DNA of 54,019 nt from IMG/VR virus record IMGVR_UViG_3300046804_002652, positions 1 through 54,019 of that record. One strand, written 5' to 3'. Position numbers and translations under genes: made by a program. The notes below the pieces were generated by a model, which was given only the letters and a program-made list of their open reading frames with translations, was not told the DNA's origin and made no database searches. Source of the DNA: a virus. Taxonomy: Duplodnaviria > Caudoviricetes. Below, one piece after another: positions 1 to 10,689 of this stretch (its first letter is position 1; every line of letters begins with the position of its first letter).

Positions 1-319
1 GAGTGACAGGAATATCGTTTCTGAAAGCTAGCGCTCCGCCGCCACCAGCACCAAGATCGTTACATCCAGCACCGCCACCACCGACAGCAACAGCGCTGAT
101 TAAAGTAACTCCGGCCGGGCACGTCCAAGTATATGTTCCAGGAGTTGTAAAATAAACACCACCTGCCAATACATTGACACCAGTAGGAGGAGCAACTGTT
201 CCACCACCAAAATCAGCATAAGCTGAAAACCTCTTATTAGAGGTCTTCTTGTTAGTAGCAAGAGCAAGCGTTACTTTCTTGTTACTCCATTTTTTATTAG
301 AGGTTTTTATTGCCGTCAC
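1..319 (-). CDS. Glycine-rich-domain virion/adhesin protein, runs off the left edge (3' truncated)
   Basis: Not in the ORF track; translated by hand from GTG at 319: MTAIKTSNKKWSNKKVTLALATNKKTSNKRFSAYADFGGGTVAPPTGVNVLAGGVYFTTPGTYTWTCPAGVTLISAVAVGGGGAG..., open to base 1. FTTPGTYTWTCPAGVT..AVGGGG is the typical start of phage Gly-rich adhesin domains. Confidence 0.8.
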   Translation of the reverse strand, partial: MTAIKTSNKKWSNKKVTLALATNKKTSNKRFSAYADFGGGTVAPPTGVNVLAGGVYFTTPGTYTWTCPAGVTLISAVAVGGGGAGCNDLGAGGGGALAFRNDIPVT

Positions 320-355
320 GTTTAATCTCTCAGAGTATTAATAGATTCCAAAATA

Positions 356-1174
356 TTAACTCATACCAATGAAAAGGAATGGACTAATTGTTTGTGGAGC
401 TGTTAATGTTGTAACTTCAATTACAGCATTATTAACAACAGGTCCACCTAACGTTAATGTTTTTCCGGAAACCGAATATGTTGACTTGAGCTGTGCAACG
501 CCTCCAACCATCACAATTGTATGATTCTCATCAAGCGGAGTTGTCGAGAGAGTAAATTGAGAGTTGGCTCCATTGCCTGTAAATGTGTCGAACGTTACAC
601 TATAAGCACCTGTGCCACCTTGATCGCCCTTGTCGCCTTTTGCGGTTGCAGTACCAGGATCGCCCTTGTCTCCTTTTGTGCCCAAATCAGTGACATAGAT
701 CGTTCCACCCAAACTTGCATTGTTTGCGCTCTGATAGTACAAAGAAGCAGGAGCATTCAACGGTACAGTAAAATATTGAGTGCCGTTTGCATCCCCAGTA
801 ACACCGTTTGCAAAAGTGGCTCCACCGTTACTGACACGGATGCGCAAAGGATTAGTTGCACCGCTCGAGTTGACTAGTCGATACTTCAATCCTCTATAAA
901 CGTATAGCGATGGGTTACTTGCGTTTCCTGTCACTACGCCAGGGCCTGAAACAACCCAGTTAGTAGTACCGTTTGCAGTGAACGTCCATATCACTTCTGC
1001 GCTGGTAGATTCTGTCCAAAAGACATTAGCTCCATCAGAAGCAAGGATATATCCATTCGAACCAGCACTACCGTTGGCCACAATAGACTTAACCGTTACA
1101 CTATTTGCTGTAACATTGCTAAAGGCAAACTCTGTATTTGGGTCGATGTTAAATGATTTTATTTTTGTTGTCAT
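356..1174 (-). CDS. Fibre-associated structural protein with a short collagen segment and one FTGNG module
   Basis: 272 aa. N-terminal TTKIK..ID..ANGSAGSNG..W motif, central beta domain (LYVYRGLKY...PASLYYQ), [10 protein letters not shown] collagen stub, C-terminal DTFTGNGANSQFTLS..IEVTT module. Confidence 0.8.
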   Translation of the reverse strand: MTTKIKSFNIDPNTEFAFSNVTANSVTVKSIVANGSAGSNGYILASDGANVFWTESTSAEVIWTFTANGTTNWVVSGPGVVTGNASNPSLYVYRGLKYRLVNSSGATNPLRIRVSNGGATFANGVTGDANGTQYFTVPLNAPASLYYQSANNASLGGTIYVTDLGTKGDKGDPGTATAKGDKGDQGGTGAYSVTFDTFTGNGANSQFTLSTTPLDENHTIVMVGGVAQLKSTYSVSGKTLTLGGPVVNNAVIEVTTLTAPQTISPFLFIGMS

Positions 1175-1196
1175 AAGCGATCTCGTTAAGTCGTAT

Positions 1197-1221
1197 TATT
1201 TATTCTGCCGTAATATTTATT
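1197..1221 (-). promoter_or_regulatory. Two candidate T4-type late promoter motifs (AATAAATA)
   Basis: tatttatt at 1197-1204 and 1214-1221, intergenic and upstream of the ATG at 1174; one mismatch to TATAAATA. The context is AT-rich, so a chance match is possible. Confidence 0.45.
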
Positions 1222-1222
1222 T

Positions 1223-1453
1223 TTATCCCGTCGTCCAGACGGTCACTGAACTTGAACCACCCGTTCCGCCGCCAGTACCAGCTCCGTATCCAGACTTCTC
1301 GGTTGGAGGTTTAATAATATGAACAGCAGTGAACTTAGCCCCTATTTCAGATTCGACAATTGGGTACAAGTCTTCAGTAGAAGGCACAATACTACCAGAT
1401 AGCGTTGGAGCTAACGGATATCCTTGTGTGCGTTCTAGTAAAATTCTTGCCAT
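1223..1453 (-). CDS. Small hypothetical protein, probably virion-associated
   Basis: 76 aa, tightly packed in the minus-strand operon, Gly-rich C-terminus. Confidence 0.65.
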   Translation of the reverse strand: MARILLERTQGYPLAPTLSGSIVPSTEDLYPIVESEIGAKFTAVHIIKPPTEKSGYGAGTGGGTGGSSSVTVWTTG

Positions 1454-1454
1454 A

Positions 1455-2915
1455 TTATGCGTATCGTATTAAATACATTGTTTCGTTGAATACAACTGGC
1501 ATATAATCATCGTAGCCGATTGTAAACGTCTGGTTGTCAGCAAAGTAATTCTTCATCGATGCTATAGGCATATCCAAACTCTTATAAATTCCACGCACAG
1601 CGCCACCTGGATTCCACGTACCAGACGCTAGTCTTCTTATTACAATTGGCACAGCTGGCGGAACAAACGATCCTGTGTCAGGATCATATGCAGGCGGATA
1701 CAACTGATTTGTTACAGGCACCGAAGCTGTACCTGAACCATATCCAGTAGCTCTTGTATAGTAAAGGGGTACTTGCAAACCAAGATTTGTCGAAGCGATG
1801 TAGTTAGGGGCGCGCGCATAATCTTGATAAGGATATCCAGCAGTCTGTACTGTCGTATTAGCTACTATTGTCAATGATGTATCAAACGTGACGAAGTTTT
1901 TTGTATTAATATCGTTTGAAAAATACACAGAAGCATTAGCCGATGCAACGCCACTATCATTCAACGTCGTCATATACGCAGCAACGACGTTATCCATTCC
2001 TGGTGCTGTTGCCGATTGTAAGTTTGTATTAGCTACTCTGTGGTTAGTTAAGAAAGTTACCCACGGTGGATTATTATTCTTCGCATCTTCCCATGGCTGT
2101 GTTTCTCTTAAACCAGCATACAATAACTTACCATACGACCAATCGAATCTTGCATACGGTATAAGAGTGCTTGTTCCTGTTACGCCACTATAATTATTAG
2201 CGTAACTGTTATTGATCGGAACTTCCCAAAGGATACAGTAATCTGAAGTTACCGCCATTCTATACTTGACGCCAGGATTGTGAGGAACAAAAGCGGGCAC
2301 TGTCGGTACGCTTGCAGTCGACACAACTGCTTCATTGAGTGTGAATGATGTCGTTTGTGTACCTGTGTTATAAGCAGTGTTGCCGCCAACAGGCTGATAA
2401 CTTACGTTTGTCCAGTCCGTTGTATTGCTGCATCCAAATGTGCACATTACTTGCAAAAACGAAGTGTTAGCAACGTTTGTCAAATTTGTTACTTTGGCAC
2501 GAGGTGTTGCATACTGCAATGCGTTTATTGTACTAGCACTACTACCACCTGCAGAGTGGAAAGTCAGCTTCATGTAAGGATATGCGCCCTTGCCAGAAGA
2601 ATTATAGAAGTCTGCTTTATATGCACCTTGCAAAGTCGATCCAGTAATAATAGCAGCATCCCATCCACCAGGACTACCAGTCGGAATGAAGTGGGAGTTA
2701 CTTGTCGTCCATCCTCCTGCTTCCAGATTAGCATCAATGCTCGTGATACAATTTCTGGTTGAGTCAATTACACCGTTAGACACAAACGGGTTAATTGTCA
2801 GCGAAGTTGTTCCCGCACCGGCTGTAGCAATAGCGGTAACGCATCTCAAAAAATTCATGTAGGCTGAATGAGGATCAGAACTCGTATTCGCCATTGTGTT
2901 GAAAGTTACTATCAT
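1455..2915 (-). CDS. Hypothetical virion protein, possible fibre-tip/adhesin subunit
   Basis: 486 aa, T/S/N/A-rich, 1-2 nt gaps to its neighbours; no family recognised. Confidence 0.7.
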   Translation of the reverse strand: MIVTFNTMANTSSDPHSAYMNFLRCVTAIATAGAGTTSLTINPFVSNGVIDSTRNCITSIDANLEAGGWTTSNSHFIPTGSPGGWDAAIITGSTLQGAYKADFYNSSGKGAYPYMKLTFHSAGGSSASTINALQYATPRAKVTNLTNVANTSFLQVMCTFGCSNTTDWTNVSYQPVGGNTAYNTGTQTTSFTLNEAVVSTASVPTVPAFVPHNPGVKYRMAVTSDYCILWEVPINNSYANNYSGVTGTSTLIPYARFDWSYGKLLYAGLRETQPWEDAKNNNPPWVTFLTNHRVANTNLQSATAPGMDNVVAAYMTTLNDSGVASANASVYFSNDINTKNFVTFDTSLTIVANTTVQTAGYPYQDYARAPNYIASTNLGLQVPLYYTRATGYGSGTASVPVTNQLYPPAYDPDTGSFVPPAVPIVIRRLASGTWNPGGAVRGIYKSLDMPIASMKNYFADNQTFTIGYDDYMPVVFNETMYLIRYA

Positions 2916-2917
2916 GC

Positions 2918-3790
2918 TTAATCCACGAGAAAAGAAAAGTCTGAATATGTTAGACGGTACAATCCGTCTGCGTTTTGATATGTTTGTATTCCAGAGAACG
3001 TTCCAGTAGGAATTTTATACACGCCAAACATCAATTGACACGCAAAACCATGTCTTGTAGATACAGAGTATACTGGATTTTCAATTACTATCAGATCGCC
3101 GTTCGTTTTAACTTTACGGTTAGATCCTGTAGTCATTATCCCAGTACCAATACTTCCGTAAGATAGCGTATCGTAATTGTAGGAGTAAGGAATTGATCCA
3201 GTATTAGCAGTATAGAACATCGGTACAGCTGTCGCACTGTTATCATTCAATACTGTTGATAGTTTTTGGAAGCCCATCAACATACTGAGATCGTTATCTC
3301 TTGTAACACCACTGTGGCCTAAATCGACGACCCCAATTGCTTGACCATTAGCTGTTCGACTGCTCATTGGGGCAAAAAAGAATACCATCTTGTTATTGAC
3401 AACAATGTCAATGCCGTTTGGATACGTGTCTGTAAAAACTTCAGGCTGAATATCTACAACTTCAATTGAGGAATCTACCAAAGGCACCCCTTCTGTATAG
3501 ATATCGCCGTCTCTTGCCAACTGTATTTGATACAACCCAGAAGTATTGAACGTAAATCTAATATAGTGTCCAAGATACTCAGTATTATGACCTTTGGAAT
3601 ATGTGTACGTGGTAGAGTTAGCGCTTACTTGACTCAGGCCTCCAGTATAAGATCCGTAAAACGTAGTTAACGATTGGGCCGGAGTGCTCAAACCGCCTGG
3701 CGAAGTAATTGTGCCAGTGACAATACCATTAATGTCGCTCATGAACTCGTTAATAGTCGGTATACTCGTCAGTCTATATCTTGCTAACAT
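2918..3790 (-). CDS. Hypothetical virion protein
   Basis: 290 aa, start overlaps the upstream stop at 3790 (TAATG coupling). Confidence 0.7.
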   Translation of the reverse strand: MLARYRLTSIPTINEFMSDINGIVTGTITSPGGLSTPAQSLTTFYGSYTGGLSQVSANSTTYTYSKGHNTEYLGHYIRFTFNTSGLYQIQLARDGDIYTEGVPLVDSSIEVVDIQPEVFTDTYPNGIDIVVNNKMVFFFAPMSSRTANGQAIGVVDLGHSGVTRDNDLSMLMGFQKLSTVLNDNSATAVPMFYTANTGSIPYSYNYDTLSYGSIGTGIMTTGSNRKVKTNGDLIVIENPVYSVSTRHGFACQLMFGVYKIPTGTFSGIQTYQNADGLYRLTYSDFSFLVD

Positions 3791-4044
3791 TATTGCACCT
3801 CTGCTAAAGTTTCCAACAGTTCGAAGTTAGCTGAGGAGCTTATTGGAGTATTGAGACTTGTGTAAAGGAGCATATTTGTACCGTCATTCACTACAACGGT
3901 GCTTATATTATCTGTTTCTGCAGTTTGAAAGAACAATTTTGTAATAAACGTGGATGGGATTTTATCCTGCGGGACAGATCCCACAAACTTATAAACGCAA
4001 CCTTCCGTGGCGTTAAACATTGTCTGAAAATGCTGTTTTGTCAT
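3790..4044 (-). CDS. Small hypothetical protein
   Basis: 84 aa, coupled to the downstream gene, preceded by CATAAATA. Confidence 0.7.
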   Translation of the reverse strand: MTKQHFQTMFNATEGCVYKFVGSVPQDKIPSTFITKLFFQTAETDNISTVVVNDGTNMLLYTSLNTPISSSANFELLETLAEVQ

Positions 4045-4050
4045 ATATTT

Positions 4051-4058
4051 TATTTATG
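4051..4058 (-). promoter_or_regulatory. Candidate late promoter CATAAATA
   Basis: tatttatg in the 14-nt gap before the ATG at 4044. Confidence 0.45.
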
Positions 4059-6638
4059 TTACACAAAATTATACTTCAGTTGTATATGTGCATCAGTTGT
4101 TGAACCAGATAGGAAGCTCACCGTCAGGTAATCTGTGGTGTTTGCGGTAAACGAAGCCGCTGTCGCTGACAACGAATACTGTCCAGAAGATATAGTATAT
4201 ACCCCAACGTTTGCTCCATTTTTATTGATTCGGAATGTGAAAGCAGAGCTTGGAGCCGTACTAACAGATGCAGATACACTAGACACACTCATATTTTGTG
4301 GAGGATAGTACCTCACGTTGTCTGCATAAGGAGTAGTAATATTACCAGTTCTTGTGATTGTTAGGTACTTGGTCCCTTCGTCCCCTTTTTGGCCTTTTAC
4401 GCCAGTTGTTCCTAAATCTCCTTTTTGACCTTTTGCTCCGGTCACTCCAACATCGCCTTTGGAACCGAGGTCGCCCTTGTCTCCTTTGACAGTACTTGGC
4501 TCGCCTTTACTTCCTTTGTCGCCGATATCTCCTTTGTTGCCTAAAGGACCTACATCACCCTTTGGACCAATATCACCTTTATCGCCTTTACCAGCATAAT
4601 TTCCTGGCTCACCTTTTGCGCCACCTTGCATAACAAGCACTTCGACAGAAGAGTTGTTTGGCGGAGCTTGTGTAAAAATAATGTTGCTTCCCGACAGCGA
4701 GTAAGTAATCTTATGTTGTACGACACCGTACACAGTTACTATTGTGTGGTTCTTATCGAGAGGAGTAGAAGAAAGAGTGAACTGCGTATTCGAGCCGTTG
4801 CCAGTAAAGCTATTGATTGTAACATCAAACAAGTTAGCCGGACCATCTGCTCCAGCTGCTCCAGTATCTCCCTTGTCTCCTTTTGCAGCTGCTGTGCCTG
4901 GCTCTCCTTTGGCACCCTTATCTCCAAAACCTTGATCGCCTTTTGTGCCTAGCTCGCCTTTGTCACCTTTATCGCCTTTACCAGCATAGGTACCTGGGAT
5001 ACCCTTTTCACCAGTATCTCCCTTTTCGCCTTTATTGCCTTGAGCTTCAACGTTGCCTGGCGCACCCTTTTCTCCCTTAGATCCTCCAGTGAACGTCGTG
5101 ATTTCAAAAGGAGCTCCGCTAGCTATTGGCTCATTGAACGTAATAACATTGCCGACTATCGAATAATCAGTCTTAGATTGCGTGACACCGTTTACTATAA
5201 CAAGAGTGTAATTTTCATTATCAGGAGCAGCGGTCAACGTGAATTGAGTATTTGATCCATTACCTACAAACGAATCAAGCACCAACTCAATTGAGCTTGC
5301 ATCGCCTTTTTGACCTTTATCGCCTAGCGATCCTTTATCGCCTTTGATAGAATCGCCTTGAGATCCCTTATCGCCCTTATCGCCCTTAACGGTACTTGGA
5401 TCTCCCTTATCTCCTTTTGGACCGTTAGGATCGCCTTTGTCGCCTTTAGCACCTGGCGCACCATCGTTACCAATTACGCCATCAGTTCCTTTTTCGCCCT
5501 TATCGCCTTTAGAACCACCAATGTAAGAAGTTACTTCTAACGGAGCTCCATTTGGTATAGCTCCATTGAATGTGATAATATTTCCAACAACCGTATATTC
5601 TGATCTTAGTTGCGTGACGCCATTGAGTACTGCAACAGTATAATTTTTATTGACGGGTGTTGCAGATAACGTAAATTGTGTATTGGAACCATTGCCAGTA
5701 AATGTATCGACAGCGAGATTAATGGAGCTGATATCTCCTTTGTTCCCCTTATCACCTACATCACCCTTGTTACCTTTATCGCCCTGAAGACCTTGGAATC
5801 CAGGTATACCAACATCGCCCTTAGGACCGATGTCTCCTTTGTCGCCTTTAGGTCCGTTTGGTTCTCCCTTTTCACCTTTAGCACCGTCGGCACCTAACGT
5901 ACCATCCAATCCTTTAGCACCAACTTCTCCTTTAGGACCAACGTCGCCCTTGTCACCTTTTGCGCCACCCTCGAACGTTTGCACTTCGATTGGAGCACCG
6001 TTTGATACTGCGTCAGTAAAGATAAGAGTATTGCCGGATATACTATAGTCACTCTTTAATTGCACGACCCCGTTGATAACAACAACGGTATAGTTTTCAG
6101 ATATAGGGGTTTTTGATAATGTGAATTGAGTGTTTGTTCCATTGCCGATAAACGTATCGAGAGTAAGATCTAATACACCCGGCGTTCCTGGCTCACCCTT
6201 TTGACCATCAAAACCTTGATAACCATCTTGACCCTTATCGCCCTTATCGCCTTTGTTACCTTGTTGCTCGACGTCGCCCTTTTGACCTTTGTCACCAATA
6301 GATCCTTTTACGCCAGTCGCGCCAGTATCACCTTTATCACCTTTAGCACCATTGACACCAATAGTACCATCGACGCCCTTATCGCCCTTATCGCCTTTTG
6401 CACCATTGCTACCAATGATACCATCAATGCCTTTATCGCCCTTGTCACCCTTATCGCCATATCCTCCAACTATAGTACTCCAGTAAACGCCCGCACCGTT
6501 AGACATCAGCACGTTGCCGTTTGAACCAGCAGTGCCGTTAGCGGAAATACCTTTCAGGATTACTGTGTTGGCAGTAATATCATCAAAGATGAAATCTTGC
6601 GTTGCGTCTATGCCATGTGGCTTAATCTTCGTTACCAT
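4059..6638 (-). CDS. Collagen-like fibre protein (859 aa) with four FTGNG modules and a C-terminal globular domain
   Basis: Long Gly-X-Y tracts dominated by GDK/GEK/GAK/GQK, four (D/N)(T/S)FxGNG(S/T)NTQFTL..EV modules, and a ~100-aa non-collagen beta-rich C-terminus. Confidence 0.9.
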   Translation of the reverse strand: MVTKIKPHGIDATQDFIFDDITANTVILKGISANGTAGSNGNVLMSNGAGVYWSTIVGGYGDKGDKGDKGIDGIIGSNGAKGDKGDKGVDGTIGVNGAKGDKGDTGATGVKGSIGDKGQKGDVEQQGNKGDKGDKGQDGYQGFDGQKGEPGTPGVLDLTLDTFIGNGTNTQFTLSKTPISENYTVVVINGVVQLKSDYSISGNTLIFTDAVSNGAPIEVQTFEGGAKGDKGDVGPKGEVGAKGLDGTLGADGAKGEKGEPNGPKGDKGDIGPKGDVGIPGFQGLQGDKGNKGDVGDKGNKGDISSINLAVDTFTGNGSNTQFTLSATPVNKNYTVAVLNGVTQLRSEYTVVGNIITFNGAIPNGAPLEVTSYIGGSKGDKGEKGTDGVIGNDGAPGAKGDKGDPNGPKGDKGDPSTVKGDKGDKGSQGDSIKGDKGSLGDKGQKGDASSIELVLDSFVGNGSNTQFTLTAAPDNENYTLVIVNGVTQSKTDYSIVGNVITFNEPIASGAPFEITTFTGGSKGEKGAPGNVEAQGNKGEKGDTGEKGIPGTYAGKGDKGDKGELGTKGDQGFGDKGAKGEPGTAAAKGDKGDTGAAGADGPANLFDVTINSFTGNGSNTQFTLSSTPLDKNHTIVTVYGVVQHKITYSLSGSNIIFTQAPPNNSSVEVLVMQGGAKGEPGNYAGKGDKGDIGPKGDVGPLGNKGDIGDKGSKGEPSTVKGDKGDLGSKGDVGVTGAKGQKGDLGTTGVKGQKGDEGTKYLTITRTGNITTPYADNVRYYPPQNMSVSSVSASVSTAPSSAFTFRINKNGANVGVYTISSGQYSLSATAASFTANTTDYLTVSFLSGSTTDAHIQLKYNFV

Positions 6639-6641
6639 TGT

Positions 6642-6899
6642 TTATTCTTCTATGGTTTTAAGGTCGTTTCGTATATCTTGTTTAAAAGACACCACTCTTA
6701 TTCTACCAATTCCTTCTCTTGGATCCTTTACATAATCAATGATATAATCGACTGCATTGATTGGATCTAAGTCAACAGGAATTCCTTCCGAAAACCACAT
6801 CTCACGTTCTTCCGCGTAGGTGTATACACGCCCCATGTGGGAGTGGGTATCTTCATTGGAAGGGTTAGTTGGAAATCGGGAGTAGTCTGGCGCTTTCAT
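6642..6899 (-). CDS. Small hypothetical protein
   Basis: 85 aa in the operon; FPTNP..VYTY..W resembles the N-terminus of the 2416-aa fibre (FPATP..WIW..W). Confidence 0.7.
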   Translation of the reverse strand: MKAPDYSRFPTNPSNEDTHSHMGRVYTYAEEREMWFSEGIPVDLDPINAVDYIIDYVKDPREGIGRIRVVSFKQDIRNDLKTIEE

Positions 6900-6903
6900 A
6901 TAA

Positions 6904-9900
6904 TTATTTAGTAGGGTACAATCTTGTTGGTAGCGCTGGAGCCGTAGTACCGCGGTGCACCATGGTCGCTACACCGTTAACTAATTTAGTGTCATAGCGC
7001 GCTATTCTTGTTGCACGGAAATCTTGGATATATCCACACCACGCTGTTGCTTGAGTTTGATTATAATCACAACCAATATGAAAATTATCTATGCTGTAAA
7101 AATTGGGAGAATAATAATCGGTTCCGGTGAACCCGCCTGCTGTTACTGTTCCAGGGCTGTTGCCAAAAAACTCACCACGTTGTATTCCATTGACAAAAAA
7201 TTGGAAATTTCCACCTTTGCGTTGCACAACAAGATGATCCATTGTACCACCAGTTTTTGTAGCAGCTAGTACAGTCGTCGTAATGGTTTGTCTGTCTGTT
7301 GTACCGTCACACTGAGCACACACCCAATATCCTGAACTGTTTACTCTAATCTGTAGGTAGTTGGTCCAGTGCATCAATATGCTACCGCTGGCATTTATTG
7401 CTCGTCCACCTGCAGTTGCGTCCATGTAGCACGCCCACATCTCAAACGTCACGTCAGCTTGCTCAATATCCATTGCACGTACAGCCCAATAGTAATTGGT
7501 GCAGTACATACGGTCGACGAAGGTGCTTTCTTTGTTGGTAAATTTAATACTACCATTACCAAACTTCTTAACTTCTGTACTAGGCATCACACCATAGTGG
7601 AAGATACCGCTATTCATTGCTCTTTCCATGAACGGACTGTCTATTGTGCTTTGGAATACTGTATTTCCATCTAACAAATAATTCCGCGTCGGAATGGTGT
7701 ATGTTGCTTGGTCGTTGTCGTATCTTGCTGTTTTGCTTATACGCAACCCACCCTGACCTGCATTAGACTGAGAAAGTTTGTATGTGTTATATACTTTTTG
7801 ACCAGCACTAAAAGCAGCTGCAGTTGTCTTGCGGAATCCATTGACAAACAAAGCCATCTTGTTGGTTTTTGTTGGGTCATATTGAATAGCAATATGATTC
7901 CAACTATGGGACTGAATTGTCGTATTAGAAGTGTCAGACGTTACTAGCCATTGTACAGCTGAGTTATGAGCTGTGTAGAACGCAAAGCTGACGTTATTGT
8001 ATGAAGCTGCACCTGAGCCATATCCCATTCTAATATCAAATCCTTCATGGCCAGCACTTGTTGCAGTGTACGCATACTCACCATAAGCTGTTGGAGCGCT
8101 CGGGTTGCTATTGTGCCAGTACACAAACATTTCAATTGTCCATGGACCACTCATTCGAGTTATGAATGATGTGTCTTGTTGAATACTACTATCGTGCACT
8201 ACACCGTAACCACTATGCCCGCAATAATTATCGTGCACTATTCCGTGGATCAAAGCTGTCCGGTCGTACTCGACTCCTTGATAAGGAGTTTCTGTAGAAG
8301 CGTAGATGTCCCATCCTCCTCCTGTGCCATAATCGGCACGAGGCCACGTTACCATGTTTCCTCTACCTGAATAATCCCACAATATGGGTTTGTTCAATGT
8401 GAGTAGCGTTGTATTAGATATTGCTGTCAATGGAGACGTCGGTACTCTAATCGCATCCGGGTTTGTATTTCCCGTTGCTGTGTATACGCCGTATGCACTC
8501 GATCCCTTCAAAATTCTTAGATCACTCATCCAAGTGCCACTTTGACTACTGTTATAGTGTATGTTTGGATACGATCCGTTGAAAATATAAAGTTTGGCTT
8601 GGTTTGCTATACTGTTAGCATAAGCAGCTTCCTGTACCTTTCGGCCGTTCATATACAACGCCATATTACCCGCAGTGCGTTGCACCACTACGTGATTCCA
8701 CATATGGCGTTGGAACTGTACTGTATCATCGGTTAGTATAGGACGGTTAGCAGTGATTACACAAAAGCTTCGCGAGGTCCAGTTGTGAGTAATTGCTAGG
8801 CCTGTATCGTTAAAGTTGCTACGGCCATCTAATATTACCTTCATGTCCGCCGAGCCTCCGAACCCTCCCCCCCACTTATTTTTTATCCAAAATTCAATAC
8901 TAAAATCGCCTGTACCAAAATTCCAATCACTGTTAGCAGTGTTTGCAATTAGCTTTTCGTTATTGTTACCAACACAATAAAAAGAACCAGATCCTGTTCT
9001 GGTTGTAGGATGGTGCTGCCCATATCTTACTTCGTTTTCACGCCGCCAAGACGCTATATTTCTTGCCTTGCCTGTATTTAAGTAGTGTAAGTGGTGAGCT
9101 CTTAACTCCTCTGTTCCGCATGTGCATGTCAACAACGCAGTGTTAGCATCCACGGTACCGACAGTATCTAATATTGACTGACTAGACGTAAACGCAGCTG
9201 TGTATCTTGCATTGTTTGATACACGCAACATTGAACAATACCCCCACAAATAGTAATCGGATGTTCTCGTAGAAAACAAACGTGTTTCTTCTGTGCCTGA
9301 ATAGTTTGTTGCAACGGTACCTGTATAAACCAGAGCGCCATCAATATACATTTTAAATTGGTTCGTGCCGGTGCCTTCACGGACAGCTGCTATATGGTGC
9401 CATCCTCCTCGCATATCACCGACAGTGCTACTTGTAAGAGTAGTACCCACATCACTCCATGCAATGGTAGTATTGTTAATCCAGAAATTCCATCCTGTAC
9501 CAGCTACTCCAACGTTACCTGTGCCTTTGCCAATAATGCCGCCGTATGTGCCGCCACCTTGGTTTGTTATGTAAACCCATGCTTCGACGGTAAATGCGTT
9601 CAGACCAAAACGCATGTTAGTGACGCTTGGCTTTGCATCATACATCTTTAACCAACCGTTATCGGTGACGTTATAAATGCTAGTTGCTCCGTGCCCTGTA
9701 ATAATAGCAGCAGTGTTGGCAAGATATGGACTATCAATATCTCTCCACGTACTATTGTTTATGGTAACGGTTTTAGTTTGAGGTTGCACAGCAGGCACAA
9801 CTTGATGGTTGTATGAAGTTACACTCAAGGAATACAACGATCCAGTCATATCCAAAGCAGCAGAAGGCCTCGTGAACGCTGCTGAATACACCGCACTATT

Positions 9901-10689
9901 TTTTATTCGAATGTCGGTTATTCTTCCCCCGAAGAACGTCCCAGCCGTAGCTACCCTATCTCGGCCAATATACAAACTACTGGAATCAGAGAATGTTGCT
10001 GCGCATGTACCAGTACCGACGGCCGCACCGTCAATGTATATTACAAGGCCGTTTGCGGCAGTAGAACTTCTAACGATTGCAACATGATACCATTGATCTC
10101 TATTGAGAACGGTCGATCCCGTCGTAGTAAGGTTACCGACAGCATCGTAGAATGCTAATTGATACGATGTGTTGATTAATACTGTCCACCCTGTACCAGC
10201 TGTTGTTGCTGCAGCATTTCCACGTCCCATAACGTAGTTTTGCGTTGCATCCTGACGTTGCAATTTGATCCAAAACTCAATAGTAAATGGGTTAGCACCA
10301 AATTGAAGACCGGTCGTGTCTGTTACCGTTATGTAACCATCCTCGTGGAATGCAGTGCACCAATCAGTATAACGCGGACCAAAGTGAGATGGCATCGGAG
10401 TTTTGTTATATGCGGTCTGTCCCAACATTTCGTGCCAATTGCTTGCAGAATAATCTTTTAAAATCCAGTTGTTTGCATCTAGGCCAGTATATTGGAGAAA
10501 CACCTTATCGTAATAAGGATCAGCATCTCCATCTACCCATCTCACGTTAGTTCTGTTATTAGAAATTTCTAACGAAGGGCGTTGAATTGTTTCTATGGCG
10601 CTAATGTCATTGAGGTCGAATACCCCAGACGCTTGCATTCCATTTGTCTCATTGAGAGCACCAATAACTCTACCGTTTTTCCTTGTCAT
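6904..10689 (-). CDS. Multi-LamG (concanavalin A-like lectin/glucanase) domain protein, putative receptor-binding adhesin
   Basis: 1261 aa with five repeats of the LamG signature: FTIEFW..WYHVAIVR..YIDG, FTVEAW..WHHIAAVR..YIDG, FSIEFW..WNHVVVQR..YMNG, WTIEMF..WNHIAIQY..FVNG, VTFEMW..MDHLVVQR..FVNG. Confidence 0.85.
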   Translation of the reverse strand: MTRKNGRVIGALNETNGMQASGVFDLNDISAIETIQRPSLEISNNRTNVRWVDGDADPYYDKVFLQYTGLDANNWILKDYSASNWHEMLGQTAYNKTPMPSHFGPRYTDWCTAFHEDGYITVTDTTGLQFGANPFTIEFWIKLQRQDATQNYVMGRGNAAATTAGTGWTVLINTSYQLAFYDAVGNLTTTGSTVLNRDQWYHVAIVRSSTAANGLVIYIDGAAVGTGTCAATFSDSSSLYIGRDRVATAGTFFGGRITDIRIKNSAVYSAAFTRPSAALDMTGSLYSLSVTSYNHQVVPAVQPQTKTVTINNSTWRDIDSPYLANTAAIITGHGATSIYNVTDNGWLKMYDAKPSVTNMRFGLNAFTVEAWVYITNQGGGTYGGIIGKGTGNVGVAGTGWNFWINNTTIAWSDVGTTLTSSTVGDMRGGWHHIAAVREGTGTNQFKMYIDGALVYTGTVATNYSGTEETRLFSTRTSDYYLWGYCSMLRVSNNARYTAAFTSSQSILDTVGTVDANTALLTCTCGTEELRAHHLHYLNTGKARNIASWRRENEVRYGQHHPTTRTGSGSFYCVGNNNEKLIANTANSDWNFGTGDFSIEFWIKNKWGGGFGGSADMKVILDGRSNFNDTGLAITHNWTSRSFCVITANRPILTDDTVQFQRHMWNHVVVQRTAGNMALYMNGRKVQEAAYANSIANQAKLYIFNGSYPNIHYNSSQSGTWMSDLRILKGSSAYGVYTATGNTNPDAIRVPTSPLTAISNTTLLTLNKPILWDYSGRGNMVTWPRADYGTGGGWDIYASTETPYQGVEYDRTALIHGIVHDNYCGHSGYGVVHDSSIQQDTSFITRMSGPWTIEMFVYWHNSNPSAPTAYGEYAYTATSAGHEGFDIRMGYGSGAASYNNVSFAFYTAHNSAVQWLVTSDTSNTTIQSHSWNHIAIQYDPTKTNKMALFVNGFRKTTAAAFSAGQKVYNTYKLSQSNAGQGGLRISKTARYDNDQATYTIPTRNYLLDGNTVFQSTIDSPFMERAMNSGIFHYGVMPSTEVKKFGNGSIKFTNKESTFVDRMYCTNYYWAVRAMDIEQADVTFEMWACYMDATAGGRAINASGSILMHWTNYLQIRVNSSGYWVCAQCDGTTDRQTITTTVLAATKTGGTMDHLVVQRKGGNFQFFVNGIQRGEFFGNSPGTVTAGGFTGTDYYSPNFYSIDNFHIGCDYNQTQATAWCGYIQDFRATRIARYDTKLVNGVATMVHRGTTAPALPTRLYPTK